Below, one piece after another: positions 1 through 10,195 of a DNA stretch of 64,000 nt (positions within the stretch are counted from its first letter, which is position 1; every line of letters starts with the position of its first letter). The stretch lies in contig CAWDRG010000001.1 of NCBI GenBank assembly GCA_963804645.1, positions 64,001-128,000 on the forward strand. The letters are read 5' to 3'. This DNA comes from an uncultured Bacillota bacterium (GTDB lineage: Bacteria > Sysuimicrobiota > Sysuimicrobiia > Sysuimicrobiales > Segetimicrobiaceae). The position numbers were made by a program, and so were the translations under genes. Below the pieces are notes generated by a model. It searched no databases. It saw only the letters and a program-made list of their open reading frames with translations, and had not been told where the DNA came from.

Positions 1-429
1 CACGACGCCGCGGGCGACCAGCGCGTCCGTGACCGCGACGCCGAGCCGCCCCGCGAGGTGGTCGTAGCAGACGCGCGCCTCCCTCAGCCGCTCCATCGCG
101 AGGCTCTGGCTGAGGGCGGCGATCCGCGGCGGGGCGGCGATCACCAGCAGCGCTTCGATCGCCCGCGCGACCTCGCGGGTGGCGAGCCGGTACAGCCGGT
201 GGCGGCCCGACACGCGCACCGTCAGGAGCCCCCCATCGACGAGCCTCCGCAGATGGGCGCTCGCGGCCTGGGGAGACGCGCCGCCCCGGCGGGCGAGTTC
301 CGCGGCCGGCAGCGCGCGGCCGTCGAGGAGGGCGACGAGCACCGCCGCGCGGGCGGGATGGCCGATGAGCGCGGCCGCGTCGGCGACGTTCGGATCGGAC
401 GGATGGCGGGGCGAGCGATGACTCACCAT
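1..429 (-). CDS. ArsR/SmtB-family winged-HTH regulator (3' end truncated by window edge)
   Basis: Manual translation MVSHRSPRHPSDPNVADAAALIGHPARAAVLVALLDGRALPAAELARRGGASPQAASAHLRRLVDGGLL...CYDHLAGRLGVAV; absent from the ORF track because it has no stop in the window. Confidence 0.85.
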   Translation of the reverse strand, partial: MVSHRSPRHPSDPNVADAAALIGHPARAAVLVALLDGRALPAAELARRGGASPQAASAHLRRLVDGGLLTVRVSGRHRLYRLATREVARAIEALLVIAAPPRIAALSQSLAMERLREARVCYDHLAGRLGVAVTDALVARGVV

Positions 430-507
430 GGCCCTATTCTACGCCACCAACAGTTCACGGGACCGTGTACGATGCGTGCGCGCCGGCACGCCGCCCGGCG
501 TCCGGCG

Positions 508-1512
508 CTACCGCAGCAGAAATCCGTCGGCCAGCGGATCGTCCTCGTCCAGCACGAACGTGTGATAGCCGGTCACAAACGCGCGTCCGGTGACCTCGGG
601 TACGACCGCGGGATAGGCGCCGACGGCGGCCGCCTCGACCAGGCGCCCCGTGAACCGCGTCCCGACCAGGCTCTCGTTCACGAACGGCTGTCCGAGCGGG
701 AGCACGCCGGCCGCGTGGTGCACGGCCATCAGCGCGGACGTGCAGGTCCCGCACGGCGACCGGTCGACTTCGCGCTCGGCGAAGACGGTCAGGCTCGTCT
801 GATCCGCGCCGGGACGATGCGGGGGCCAGTAGGTGACGACGCCGTAGAGTCCCCGGATCTCCGGCTCGAAGGGGTGCACGACGTCGATCGCGGACTCGGT
901 CGCGGCTTGAATCGCGGCGCTCGCGTCGACGAGGGCCCGCAGCGGCCCGGGGCGATTGCCGAGACCCGCGGCGGGGGCATCCACCAGCGCGTAAAACGCG
1001 CCGCCCCACCCCACCGTCACGCCGATCGTGCCGTAGCCCGGCACGACGACCGCGCGGGCGGCGTAGACGAAGCTCGGCACGTTCTGCATCGTCACGTCGA
1101 GCACGCGTCCGCGGGCGACGCGCGCGCGGGCGCGCACCAGCCCGGCCGGGGTATCGAGCGCGACGCGCGTCTCCGGCTCCGTCGCGGCAATCTGCCCGGT
1201 CTCGATCAACACGGTGACCAGCCCGATCACGCCGTGGCCGCACATCGTGCTGTATCCCTCGTTGTGCATGAACAGCACCCCGTACTGCGCGTCCGGGGTC
1301 ACGGGCGGGGTCACGACGCAGCCGTACATGTCCTGGTGACCGCGGGGCTCCCACATCAAAAACCGGCGGAGACCGTCGAGATGCTCGCGCATGTAGCGCC
1401 GGCGCGCCAGGATCGTGTCCCCCGGAAGGCGCGGCATGCCCCCCGTCACGATGCGGAGCGGTTCCCCGGCGGCGTGGCAGTCGATCGTCTGCATCACCCG
1501 GGTCTGGCTCAT
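508..1512 (-). CDS. Proline racemase / hydroxyproline epimerase family protein
   Basis: Motifs IDCHAAGEPLRIV, EPRGH, MCGH and DRSPCGT; likely start MSQTRV at 1512. Confidence 0.9.
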   Translation of the reverse strand: MSQTRVMQTIDCHAAGEPLRIVTGGMPRLPGDTILARRRYMREHLDGLRRFLMWEPRGHQDMYGCVVTPPVTPDAQYGVLFMHNEGYSTMCGHGVIGLVTVLIETGQIAATEPETRVALDTPAGLVRARARVARGRVLDVTMQNVPSFVYAARAVVVPGYGTIGVTVGWGGAFYALVDAPAAGLGNRPGPLRALVDASAAIQAATESAIDVVHPFEPEIRGLYGVVTYWPPHRPGADQTSLTVFAEREVDRSPCGTCTSALMAVHHAAGVLPLGQPFVNESLVGTRFTGRLVEAAAVGAYPAVVPEVTGRAFVTGYHTFVLDEDDPLADGFLLR

Positions 1513-1588
1513 GCCGGGGCATTCGCCCTCCGGCCGCGCGTCTCCCGCGGGCAGGGACGTGCGGTGCCGACCGCCAACACACAGCGTC

Positions 1589-1960
1589 ATGACGCGCAAG
1601 TTCCTGACGCCCGACGAAGTCGCCCAACAGTTGCGGGTCCAGCCGGACGTGATCCGGCGGCTGCTGCGGCGCAGGGAACTGCCCGCGATCCGCGTCGGTC
1701 GCGCCTGGCGCGTGGAGGAGACCGAGTTCCAGCGCTGGATCACCCGCCGCCTCGTCCGCCCGACCGCCGGCGCGAACCGCGGCGATCCGTGCCTCTGCGG
1801 ATGCGAACAGCCGACGATGACGCGGGAGGCGCGGTTCCTCCCCGGCCATGACGGCAAGCTGATCCACCGACTCATGACCAAGGACGGGCTCACCTTCGAT
1901 GCGGCGCGCGCAAAGGTTCGGCGCCTGCAGCGGCCGCGGCAGCAGGTCGGCCTGTTCTAA
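1589..1960 (+). CDS. Excisionase-type (HTH_17/MerR-like) DNA-binding protein with C-terminal CxCGC...PGHD domain
   Basis: MTRKFLTPDEVAQQLRV...LPAIRVGRAWRV followed by CLCGC...FLPGHDGK. Confidence 0.8.
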   Translation: MTRKFLTPDEVAQQLRVQPDVIRRLLRRRELPAIRVGRAWRVEETEFQRWITRRLVRPTAGANRGDPCLCGCEQPTMTREARFLPGHDGKLIHRLMTKDGLTFDAARAKVRRLQRPRQQVGLF

Positions 1961-1963
1961 CGA

Positions 1964-1992
1964 TTGCACTTTCGCCGCGCGCAGAGTATCCT
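1964..1992 (+). promoter_or_regulatory. Putative sigma70 promoter of the XRE gene
   Basis: TTGCAC-17 bp-TATCCT. Confidence 0.5.
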
Positions 1993-2078
1993 CGAAGCAG
2001 CGGCGGCCGCGTAAGCGGCCGTCGCTCGCCACCCAGAAGCCAAGGAGGACACCGCGTCGACTCGCGCGGTTAACGTCA

Positions 2079-2654
2079 ATGGAGAGACGATCGGTTGCTG
2101 ATCTACGGCGCGCGTTCGGGAAGCGGGTGCAGGAAGCCCGCCACGCGGCGCGGCTCAGTCAATCGCAGCTGGCTCGGCAGCTGGGCCTGCGCAGCGGCGT
2201 CGCCGTGGGCGACTGGGAACGCGGCAAGGCGCTGCCCAAGTTCGAGACGTTTCTCCGGATGTGCGACGCGCTCAACCAACCGCCGGCGTTCTTCGTCGAA
2301 GGGTATCGCGAGCGCCCGCACAAGGATCCGATGCAGGCGCTCCATCTCGCGCTCGAAGCCGGCGAGGCGAAGCACGCGCAGCGGCACCTCGAGGTCCTGC
2401 ACCGCCTCGAACATCTGCCGGTCGAGGTGGGGCGCAGCATCGCGCCCGAGGAACTCCGGTCCGCGCTCGAGCGGATGCGGTTCGAGGACGCGGTGCCCGT
2501 GGCCGAGGCCCGCCTGCGCGCGGCGCTGGGGCACCGACGCGGCGGCGGGGAGGACGTCGAGCGGACGGTGGCGCGCGAGGCGATCCGGCAGGGCTGGGAT
2601 GCCGCGCGCGAAGCCCTGCGCGACTGGCTTCAGCAGCGCGGACGGGTGGTGTGA
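2079..2654 (+). CDS. XRE/Cro-CI family HTH regulator
   Basis: FGKRVQEARHAARLSQSQLARQLGL...VGDWERGKALP. Confidence 0.85.
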   Translation: MERRSVADLRRAFGKRVQEARHAARLSQSQLARQLGLRSGVAVGDWERGKALPKFETFLRMCDALNQPPAFFVEGYRERPHKDPMQALHLALEAGEAKHAQRHLEVLHRLEHLPVEVGRSIAPEELRSALERMRFEDAVPVAEARLRAALGHRRGGGEDVERTVAREAIRQGWDAAREALRDWLQQRGRVV

Positions 2655-3049
2655 CCCGGCGGGTCACCACCCTGTTCGTGTACGGCACGCTCCAAGACGA
2701 CGCGCGGGTCCGCCGCATCGTCGGACGCCGGCTCGCGTGGCGGCCGGCGGAGCTTCGCGGTTACTACCGCACCCTCGACCCCACGATCGGCTATCCGGTG
2801 GTCCGCCGGCGCGCAGGCGCCCGCGTGCGGGGCCGGCTGCTCCTTGAGGTGACCGCCCGGACGCTCGCGGCCCTCGACGCCTACGAAGGCGACGCGTACC
2901 GCCGGGTGCGGGCGCGGGTCCGCCTGTCCGACGGGACGGCGGTGGAAACGCGCGTGTATGTGCCGGTCCGGTCCCCGCGGAGGGCCGGCGCGCGGATTAT
3001 GCGCCGCCGCCCCGGCCGTAGCGCTCGAGCGCCCCGCCGATCCGGGTGA
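2651..3049 (+). CDS. Gamma-glutamylcyclotransferase (AIG2-like) family protein
   Basis: LFVYGTL and LDAYEG motifs; GTGA overlap with the XRE stop codon. Confidence 0.8.
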   Translation: MTRRVTTLFVYGTLQDDARVRRIVGRRLAWRPAELRGYYRTLDPTIGYPVVRRRAGARVRGRLLLEVTARTLAALDAYEGDAYRRVRARVRLSDGTAVETRVYVPVRSPRRAGARIMRRRPGRSARAPRRSG

Positions 3050-4205
3050 GCGCTTCCTCGATCGCCTCGACCGAGTTCGCATAGCTCAACCGCAAGAACC
3101 CCCGTCCCTCCGCGCCGAACGCGGTCCCCGAGAGCACGGCGACGCCCGCCTCGCGCAGCAGGTAGTCCTGCAACCGGTCGGAGTCCGGATCGACCGCCCG
3201 CACGTTGGGGAACGCGTAGAAGGCGCCGTGGGGCTGCAGGCACGTGACGCCGGGCAGGCGGTTCAGGCCGGCGACGATCACGTCCCGGCGCCGCCGGAAC
3301 TCCGCGACCATCCGGTCGACGCAGTCCTGCGGCCCGCGCAGCGCGGCGATGCCCGCCATCTGCGTGAACGCGGCCGTGCACGAGTTGGAGTTGACCATCA
3401 GCTGCGCGACGCCCGCGGCCAGCTCCGGATCCATCACCCCGTACCCGAGCCGCCAGCCGGTCATCGCGTACGTCTTGCTGAAGCCGTCGAGTATCACCGT
3501 CTGCGCCGCCATCCCCGGCACCGACGCGATGCTCGCGAACGTCCGGTCGTACAGGATCCGTCCGTAGATCTCGTCGGAGAGCACGGTGATCGGCCGCCCG
3601 CGCACCATCTCCGCGATCGCCTCGACGTCCTGGCGCGAGAGCACGCCGGCCGTCGGATTGTGCGGGGAGTTCAGGATCACGAGCCGCGTCCGCGGCGACA
3701 GCAGCCGCCGCAGCTCCTCCGGATCGGCGCGGAACCCCCGCCCCTCGCGCAGCGCCCACGGCACGAGCCGCGCCCCGGCGAACCGCGCCACGGATTCGTA
3801 GATCGGGAACCCGGGATCCGGATAGATGACCTCGTCTCCGTGATCGACCAGGGCCAGGATCACGTAGAACATGATCGGCTTGCCCCCGGGCGTGATCACG
3901 ACCTGGTCCGCTCCCACCTCGATGCCGCGGGTGCGCCCGACGTACTCGGCGACCGCCTCGCGGGCCTCGAGGATCCCCGCCGTGGGCGTATAGTGCGTGT
4001 AGCCGTCCCGCAGCGCCCGGACCGCCGCCTCCTTGATGTGCGCCGGGGTGTCGAAGTCCGGTTCACCAATCTCGAGGTGCACGATCGACCGGCCCTGGGC
4101 CTCGAGCGCCTTCGCGCGCGCCAGCACCTCGAACGCCGTCTCGGTCCCGAGCAGCGACATCCGGCTGGCGAACTTGAGCCGTTCCGCGGGCACCCCGGCG
4201 CTCAC
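2997..4205 (-). CDS. Class I/II PLP-dependent aminotransferase (aspartate aminotransferase-like)
   Basis: [34 protein letters not shown] start overlaps the ahcY stop. Confidence 0.92.
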   Translation of the reverse strand: MSAGVPAERLKFASRMSLLGTETAFEVLARAKALEAQGRSIVHLEIGEPDFDTPAHIKEAAVRALRDGYTHYTPTAGILEAREAVAEYVGRTRGIEVGADQVVITPGGKPIMFYVILALVDHGDEVIYPDPGFPIYESVARFAGARLVPWALREGRGFRADPEELRRLLSPRTRLVILNSPHNPTAGVLSRQDVEAIAEMVRGRPITVLSDEIYGRILYDRTFASIASVPGMAAQTVILDGFSKTYAMTGWRLGYGVMDPELAAGVAQLMVNSNSCTAAFTQMAGIAALRGPQDCVDRMVAEFRRRRDVIVAGLNRLPGVTCLQPHGAFYAFPNVRAVDPDSDRLQDYLLREAGVAVLSGTAFGAEGRGFLRLSYANSVEAIEEALTRIGGALERYGRGGGA

Positions 4206-5458
4206 GTCCCGACCTCCCACGATCCGAGGTACCGCTCCTGTTCCGGGGTCAGCGTGTCGATCCGCACGCCCGACGCCTCGAGTTTGACCTGGGCCACCTG
4301 CTGGTCGATCACCGCCGGCACGGAGTAGACCGCGGGCGGAAGCGACCGGCCCTCGCGCGCCAGATACTCCATCGTGAGCGCCTGATTGGCGAAGCTCATA
4401 TCCATCACCGCGGCCGGGTGCCCCTCGGCGGCGGCGAGGTTCACGAGGCGCCCCTCGGCGAGCACGTAGATCCGCCGGCCGTCCCGCAGACGAAACTCCT
4501 CGACGTTCGGCCGCACGGTCCGCCGGTCCTCGGCCAGGTCCGCGAGCGCCGATAGGTCCAGCTCGACGTCGAAGTGCCCCGAGTTGGCGACGAGCGCCCG
4601 GTCCTTCATCGCCTCGAAGTGCTCGCGCCGGACCACCGACGTATTCCCGGTGACGGTGATCACGATATCCGAGACCCGCGCGGCCTCCATCATCGGCATC
4701 ACCTGGTAGCCGTCCATGAGCGCCTCGAGCGCCCGCGTCGGGTCGACCTCGGTCACGATGACGTGTGCCCCCATCCCGTCCGCGCGCATCGCGAGCCCTC
4801 GGCCGCAGTTCCCGTAGCCGCAGACCGTGACCGTCCGCCCGGCCAGCAGGATGTTCGTGGCGCGGATCACCCCGTCCAGCGTGGACTGCCCGGTCCCGTA
4901 CCGGTTGTCGAAGAGATGCTTCGTCAGGGCGTCGTTCACGGCCACGATCGGATACTTGAGCACCCCGGCCTTGGCCATGCTGCGCAGCCGGATCACCCCC
5001 GTCGTCGTCTCCTCGCTCCCGGCCACGACGCCGCTCAGCAAGTCGGTGCGGTCGTGATGAATCGTGGAGACCAGGTCTGCGCCGTCGTCCATCGTCAGGT
5101 GGGGCTTCGTGTCGAGCGCCTGATGGATGTGGCGGTAATAGGTGTCGCGATCCTCACCCCGGCGCGCGAACACCGGCAGCCGCCACTCGGCGACGAGCGC
5201 CGCCGCGACGTCGTCCTGCGTGGACAGCGGGTTGCTGGCGCACAGCGCAACCTGGGCGCCGCCGTCCCGCAGGGCGCGCATCAGGTTCGCGGTCTCCGCG
5301 GTCACGTGCAGGCACGCCGCGATGCGAATCCCCGCGAGGGGTTTGTCCCGTGTAAAGCGCTCTCGGATCGCCCGCAGCACCGGCATCTCGCCGTCCGCCC
5401 ACGTGATCCGGTCGCACCCCGCAAGTGCCAAATCCATGTTCTGCACGTCGCTGGCCAC
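4202..5458 (-). CDS. ahcY: Adenosylhomocysteinase
   Basis: [56 protein letters not shown] before the GTG start. Confidence 0.97.
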   Translation of the reverse strand: MASDVQNMDLALAGCDRITWADGEMPVLRAIRERFTRDKPLAGIRIAACLHVTAETANLMRALRDGGAQVALCASNPLSTQDDVAAALVAEWRLPVFARRGEDRDTYYRHIHQALDTKPHLTMDDGADLVSTIHHDRTDLLSGVVAGSEETTTGVIRLRSMAKAGVLKYPIVAVNDALTKHLFDNRYGTGQSTLDGVIRATNILLAGRTVTVCGYGNCGRGLAMRADGMGAHVIVTEVDPTRALEALMDGYQVMPMMEAARVSDIVITVTGNTSVVRREHFEAMKDRALVANSGHFDVELDLSALADLAEDRRTVRPNVEEFRLRDGRRIYVLAEGRLVNLAAAEGHPAAVMDMSFANQALTMEYLAREGRSLPPAVYSVPAVIDQQVAQVKLEASGVRIDTLTPEQERYLGSWEVGT

Positions 5459-5671
5459 CCATCCACCTCCGTGAAGCCGCTGGCGCCCCGTCCTGCCGCG
5501 CCGTCCTGATCGGTGCCTTCGTATCATGTCATTCTTGGCGGCATCCGACCAGTCCCCCCGGCGGGGCCCGCCCGGCGGGCCGCCCGGCCCGATGAAATAA
5601 CGGACGGCCCGAAACGCGTTGTAGATGTATGCGGCGCAGAAGCGCCGCGACCACGATGGGAGAGACAGTCG

Positions 5672-6712
5672 ATGACAGAGCTCATGCAGTTGCTCCACCC
5701 CAACGAAGACCGAGACACGTCACGCGTGCCCGAGACGGCCCCGATCGATGAAGCGGCCGCGCTGGACGCGTACTCGCAGACGGTCACCAGGGCGGTCGAC
5801 CAGCTCGGGCCGGCGGTGGTCAGCCTGGGGGTCGCGCGCCACGCGCCCGAGCGGCTCCGGCGGCGCGGCCTGCCGGAACTTCGGGGCAGCGGGAGCGGGG
5901 TCGTGATCGCGCCCGACGGGTACATCCTGACCAACAGCCACGTCGTGCACGAGGCGCACCGCGTCGAGGCGCGCCTGCCCGACGGCCGCACGCTGCGGGG
6001 CGACGTCGTGGGGGACGATCCGGCGAGCGACCTGGCCCTCGTGCGGGTGGCGGACGGCCACCTTGCGACCGCCACGCTCGGCGACTCGTCCCGGCTCCGG
6101 GTCGGCCAACTGGTCGTGGCCGTGGGCAATCCGCTCGGCTTTCAGGCGACCGTGACCGCGGGCGTGATCAGCGCGCTCGGCCGCACGCTGCGTGCGGAGA
6201 GCGGGCGTCTGATCGACAACGTGATTCAGACCGACGCCGCCCTAAACCCCGGGAACTCCGGCGGCCCGCTCGCGGACGCGCGGGGGCTCGTGATCGGTAT
6301 CAACACTGCGATCATCGCCGGATCCCAGGGGCTGTGCTTCGCCGTCCCGGTAAACACCGCGATCTGGGTCGCCTCGCAGCTGATCCAGCGCGGGCGGGTG
6401 GAGCGGGGCTATCTCGGCGTCTCGGCCGAGACGTTCAAGCTCGACCGGCGCATCGCGGTCGCGTCCCGGATCGAGGCCCCCACGGCGGTCCGACTGACCG
6501 AGGTGCAGCCCGGCAGCGCCGCGGCGGCGGCGGGACTCCGCGTCGGGGACCTCGTGGTGCGCGCCAACGACCGGCCGATCGCGACGATGGACGACCTCCT
6601 GCTCGCCCTCGGCGGGCACCCGGCGGGCGCCGTCCTCACGGTGGAAGTGCTTCGCGGCGACGGCCGCCACGCGATCGAGACCCATCCGACCGCGATGCCG
6701 ACGGCCTCCTAA
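5672..6712 (+). CDS. HtrA/S1C trypsin-like serine protease with PDZ domain
   Basis: [34 protein letters not shown]-terminal PDZ. Confidence 0.93.
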   Translation: MTELMQLLHPNEDRDTSRVPETAPIDEAAALDAYSQTVTRAVDQLGPAVVSLGVARHAPERLRRRGLPELRGSGSGVVIAPDGYILTNSHVVHEAHRVEARLPDGRTLRGDVVGDDPASDLALVRVADGHLATATLGDSSRLRVGQLVVAVGNPLGFQATVTAGVISALGRTLRAESGRLIDNVIQTDAALNPGNSGGPLADARGLVIGINTAIIAGSQGLCFAVPVNTAIWVASQLIQRGRVERGYLGVSAETFKLDRRIAVASRIEAPTAVRLTEVQPGSAAAAAGLRVGDLVVRANDRPIATMDDLLLALGGHPAGAVLTVEVLRGDGRHAIETHPTAMPTAS

Positions 6713-7944
6713 CGGCGGCCGCCGGCGAGGCGGACCGCCTCCGGCATCGCGCGCAGGCGCAGCATCGACACCACCCCGAAGAGGGGGCCGGCGGCCAGCA
6801 CCGCGAACGCGCCCGACCATCCGATCTGACGCTCCACGAACGGCAGCAGTTGAATGCTCGCGGCGGTCAGCAGAAACCCGAGTGACGTCTGGAGCGCCAG
6901 CGCGCTGCCGACCCGATCGGGCTCGGCGAGCTCACTGACGGCCGCGGAGAATTGAGCCGAGTCGGCGATCACGGTGATGCCCCACACGATCGCCACCGCC
7001 AGCATCAGCGCCGGCGCGTGGCCGAAGAGCGCCCCGGTGGCGATGGCGCTTGCGCCGCTGAGCGCCATCGCGCCGGCGGTCGTCAGCGTCCGCCCCGCGC
7101 GGTCGGCCGCCCAGCCGGCCGCGAGACACCCCAGCGCACCCGCCCCGATCACCGCGGCGGCCCACAGGTGGGCCGCCCGCGTCACCCCATCCGGATCGGC
7201 GCCGCCGGATGAGGCGCGGAGGCTCGCGAGCAGGAACACCGGCACCCAGGTCCACATCGCGTACAGCTCCCACATGTGCCCGAAGTATCCGAAGTTCGCC
7301 AGCCGGATCGCGCGCGGATGGAGCGAACGCAGCGCCCACCCGAGATCGAGACGTGCGGCGGGGGCTTCGAACGGGCCCGCCCGGACGCAGGCGGCGACCA
7401 GCACCGCAGACGCCAGCGCCCCGACGCTGGTCGCCATGATCACGGCCTGCCACGGGAGCCTCGCCGCGGGCAGGGCGCCCGCGATCAGGTGGGGCAGCGC
7501 GGCACCGAGCGTGAGCGCGCCGACCAGCGTCCCGATCGCGAACCCCCGCCCCTCACGGAACCATCCGGCCATGAGCTTCATACCGGTCGGATAGACGCCG
7601 GCCAGGACGAACCCGAGCCCGACCCGCACCGCGACGGCGGCCCGCAGGTCGCCGTGGGTGCCGAGCAGCAGCGCGTTGATCCCCGCGGCCAGGACGGCGG
7701 CGACGATGAACACTCGCCGCGTCGAGAAGACGTCCGCGGCGCCGCTGACGGCGAGGACGAGCGCGCCGACCACGAAGCCGAGCTGCACCCCGACCGTCAA
7801 GAGCCCGATTTCAGGCGCCGACAGCCTCCAGACGAGCGCGAGCGCCGGCGCGACGGCGGCGGCGCTGAACCAGGTGCTCATCGCGCCGATCTGCGCAACA
7901 GCAATCAGCGCGAGCGCGGCCCAGCGGCCGGGCGGAGATGTCAT
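6709..7944 (-). CDS. MFS transporter
   Basis: About 12 hydrophobic segments; GWAADRAGR motif; GHMWELYAMW. Confidence 0.9.
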   Translation of the reverse strand: MTSPPGRWAALALIAVAQIGAMSTWFSAAAVAPALALVWRLSAPEIGLLTVGVQLGFVVGALVLAVSGAADVFSTRRVFIVAAVLAAGINALLLGTHGDLRAAVAVRVGLGFVLAGVYPTGMKLMAGWFREGRGFAIGTLVGALTLGAALPHLIAGALPAARLPWQAVIMATSVGALASAVLVAACVRAGPFEAPAARLDLGWALRSLHPRAIRLANFGYFGHMWELYAMWTWVPVFLLASLRASSGGADPDGVTRAAHLWAAAVIGAGALGCLAAGWAADRAGRTLTTAGAMALSGASAIATGALFGHAPALMLAVAIVWGITVIADSAQFSAAVSELAEPDRVGSALALQTSLGFLLTAASIQLLPFVERQIGWSGAFAVLAAGPLFGVVSMLRLRAMPEAVRLAGGRR

Positions 7945-8207
7945 TCGCGAACGATTCGCCGGCGCCGGGGCGGCATCCCGCGTGCTCGACGGATGGGGAC
8001 GCTCAGCGGCTCCGGGCGACCGCCCAGGACGCACCCCGAGTCGCCGGGCCGTGCGGGTGCAGCGTGCCACCGCGCCCCGCCGAGGCGAGCCCGGGCGCGC
8101 CGGCGGCCCCGTGTGAACCAATCGTGACAAACGCGCATGTAGAATATACCTGCAGGACGGACGAGAGAGCCTGTCGCGTCGTCCGGAGACGCTGTGGAGG
8201 TGTGTCC

Positions 8208-8813
8208 ATGACGCGTCGCAATTTCGTTCTCGCGGTGTCGGTCGTGATGGCCGGCGCGATGCTCGCCGCGACGGCTCCGGTCGGCGCCGCGCCCGCCGCT
8301 CCGATCACAGGCACGATCGTGTCGGCGACACCGGACACGATCGTGCTGAACACCGCTCAGGGGAACAAGACGATCAAGACGACCGCGAAGACGACGGTCA
8401 TCGAGCAGAGCCCCGCCAAGCTGTCCGACATCAAGAAGGGCGAGTGGCTCGGCGTGGACGCCAAGAAGAGCGCGACCGGCACGCTGACCGCGGTGTCGAT
8501 CCACATCTTCCCGGCGCAATCGACGGGCAAGTTCCGGACCGGGCAGTGGACAATGACGAGCGGCGACACGATGACCAACGCCCAGGTGACGCAGACCGTC
8601 AGCCAGGTCTCCGGGCACACCATCTCCCTCGCGTACGAGGGCGGCATGGCGAAGATTCTCGTCCCGTCGAGCGCCAAGATCTACCGCCTCGTCCGCAGCT
8701 CGGTCACCGCGCTGAAGCCGCAGATGCACGCGATGGTGCGTGGCCAGCCCAACGCGGACGGCACCGTCACGGCGGCGGCGATCACCGTCGAGACCATGAC
8801 CGCGATGCACTAA
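8208..8813 (+). CDS. Exported protein with two beta-rich repeats (DUF5666-like)
   Basis: GGAGG RBS; TRRNFV plus hydrophobic signal peptide; repeated G(T/L)xTAxxI motif. Confidence 0.7.
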   Translation: MTRRNFVLAVSVVMAGAMLAATAPVGAAPAAPITGTIVSATPDTIVLNTAQGNKTIKTTAKTTVIEQSPAKLSDIKKGEWLGVDAKKSATGTLTAVSIHIFPAQSTGKFRTGQWTMTSGDTMTNAQVTQTVSQVSGHTISLAYEGGMAKILVPSSAKIYRLVRSSVTALKPQMHAMVRGQPNADGTVTAAAITVETMTAMH

Positions 8814-8971
8814 GCGACGCTCCCGCGCATGTGGGGCCGGGTGCCACGCGGTGCCCGGCCCCCGTCGTTTAACGTCGCAGGAGGCCCCGAAGACCGGCCA
8901 GAAACCACCGCTGGTTCTTCCCCCGGCGCGGTGCCGACGCGTCGGCATCGCGCATCACCACGGAGGCACGC

Positions 8972-10165
8972 ATGCCGCAGACGCGCAAGCCCACGCTGAC
9001 GCCCGACGAAGCCCGCGCGCTCCACCGGGAGGCGCTCGTGATCGACAGCCAGCAGCCGCCGATCGCGAGCGGCGCGGTGTTCACGCCGAGGATGAAGCAG
9101 GCGATCGAGGAGGCGATCCGGCAGGGCGCAACCGCCCGCGACGAGTTGGGGCCCCGGATGGCGTCGTTGACGGCGACCGAGCTGATGACGTCGGCCGACG
9201 CGCAGCAACAGTACCTCGATCTCTGGAACCGGTCCGGCGTCACGATCGCGTGCGGCACGTTCTCGGGGACACATAAGTACACGGGCGCCTTCGAGCGCGC
9301 GAACGAACTGATCGGCCGCGCGTACGGGATCGTGGAGGCGCTCGGCGGTGGCGTCGAGATCGTGCGCTCCGCCGACGATATCGAGCGGGTCCACCGGGAG
9401 CGCAAGCACGGGATTCTCCTCGACTTCCAGAACACAACGCCGATCGGCGACGATCTCGACCGCATCCAGCATTTCTACAACCTGGGTGTCCGGATGGTCC
9501 AGCTGACCTACAACCTCCGCAACATCGTGGGCGACGGCTGCACCGAGGCCAACCCGAGCGGCCTCTCGTACTTCGGCCGTGAGGTCGTCCGCCGACTGAA
9601 CGAGACGAAGATCCTCGTGGACGTGAGCCACCCGAGCGAACCGGTCGGCTGGGACGCGCTCAAGTTCTCCACGGCGCCGGTGATCGTGTCCCACTCCTCG
9701 AGCAAGGCGGTCTGCTATCACGACCGCGGCAAGACGGACGAGCTGGCGAAGGCGGTCGCCGAGCGCGGCGGGTACTTCGGTGTCGTCGTGATCGCCGGGT
9801 TCATCTCCGACAAGCACGAGGTGACCCTCGACGCCTTCGTCGACCACGTGGAGCACCTCGTCGACGTGTGCGGCATCGACCACGTCGGGATCGGGACGGA
9901 CAAGATGGGGCCCGGGCCCGGCACCGAATCGATGGTCCAGTATCCGGAGTCGATGCCCCGGCACAGCTCGGGGTCGTTTGACTGGGCCGGGTTCCGGCTG
10001 AAGGAGCACCGGCTGCTCGGCGACTACGTCCTGCGGGGGTACGAGAACTTCGGCGACTGGCCGAACCTCACCGTCGCACTGGCGAAGCGCGGATTCAATG
10101 AAGCGGAGCTGCGCAAGCTCCTCGGCCTGAACTACCTCCGGGTGCTCCGAGACGTCTGCGGCTAG
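8972..10165 (+). CDS. Membrane dipeptidase (peptidase M19, amidohydrolase fold), divergent
   Basis: GVRMVQLTYN, GLSYFGREVVRRLN, VDVSH, GIDHVGIGTD, KLLGLNYLRV. Confidence 0.88.
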   Translation: MPQTRKPTLTPDEARALHREALVIDSQQPPIASGAVFTPRMKQAIEEAIRQGATARDELGPRMASLTATELMTSADAQQQYLDLWNRSGVTIACGTFSGTHKYTGAFERANELIGRAYGIVEALGGGVEIVRSADDIERVHRERKHGILLDFQNTTPIGDDLDRIQHFYNLGVRMVQLTYNLRNIVGDGCTEANPSGLSYFGREVVRRLNETKILVDVSHPSEPVGWDALKFSTAPVIVSHSSSKAVCYHDRGKTDELAKAVAERGGYFGVVVIAGFISDKHEVTLDAFVDHVEHLVDVCGIDHVGIGTDKMGPGPGTESMVQYPESMPRHSSGSFDWAGFRLKEHRLLGDYVLRGYENFGDWPNLTVALAKRGFNEAELRKLLGLNYLRVLRDVCG

Positions 10166-10195
10166 TCCGGCGCCGCGCGGAGGGCCGCCGGCGCC

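Noticed and set aside
1589..2654. Prophage or integrative element
   Set aside because: No integrase, structural genes, att repeats or adjacent tRNA
5459..5671. SAH or SAM riboswitch upstream of ahcY
   Set aside because: No recognisable SAH or SAM-I consensus elements by eye, only GC-rich stems; an Infernal search would be needed
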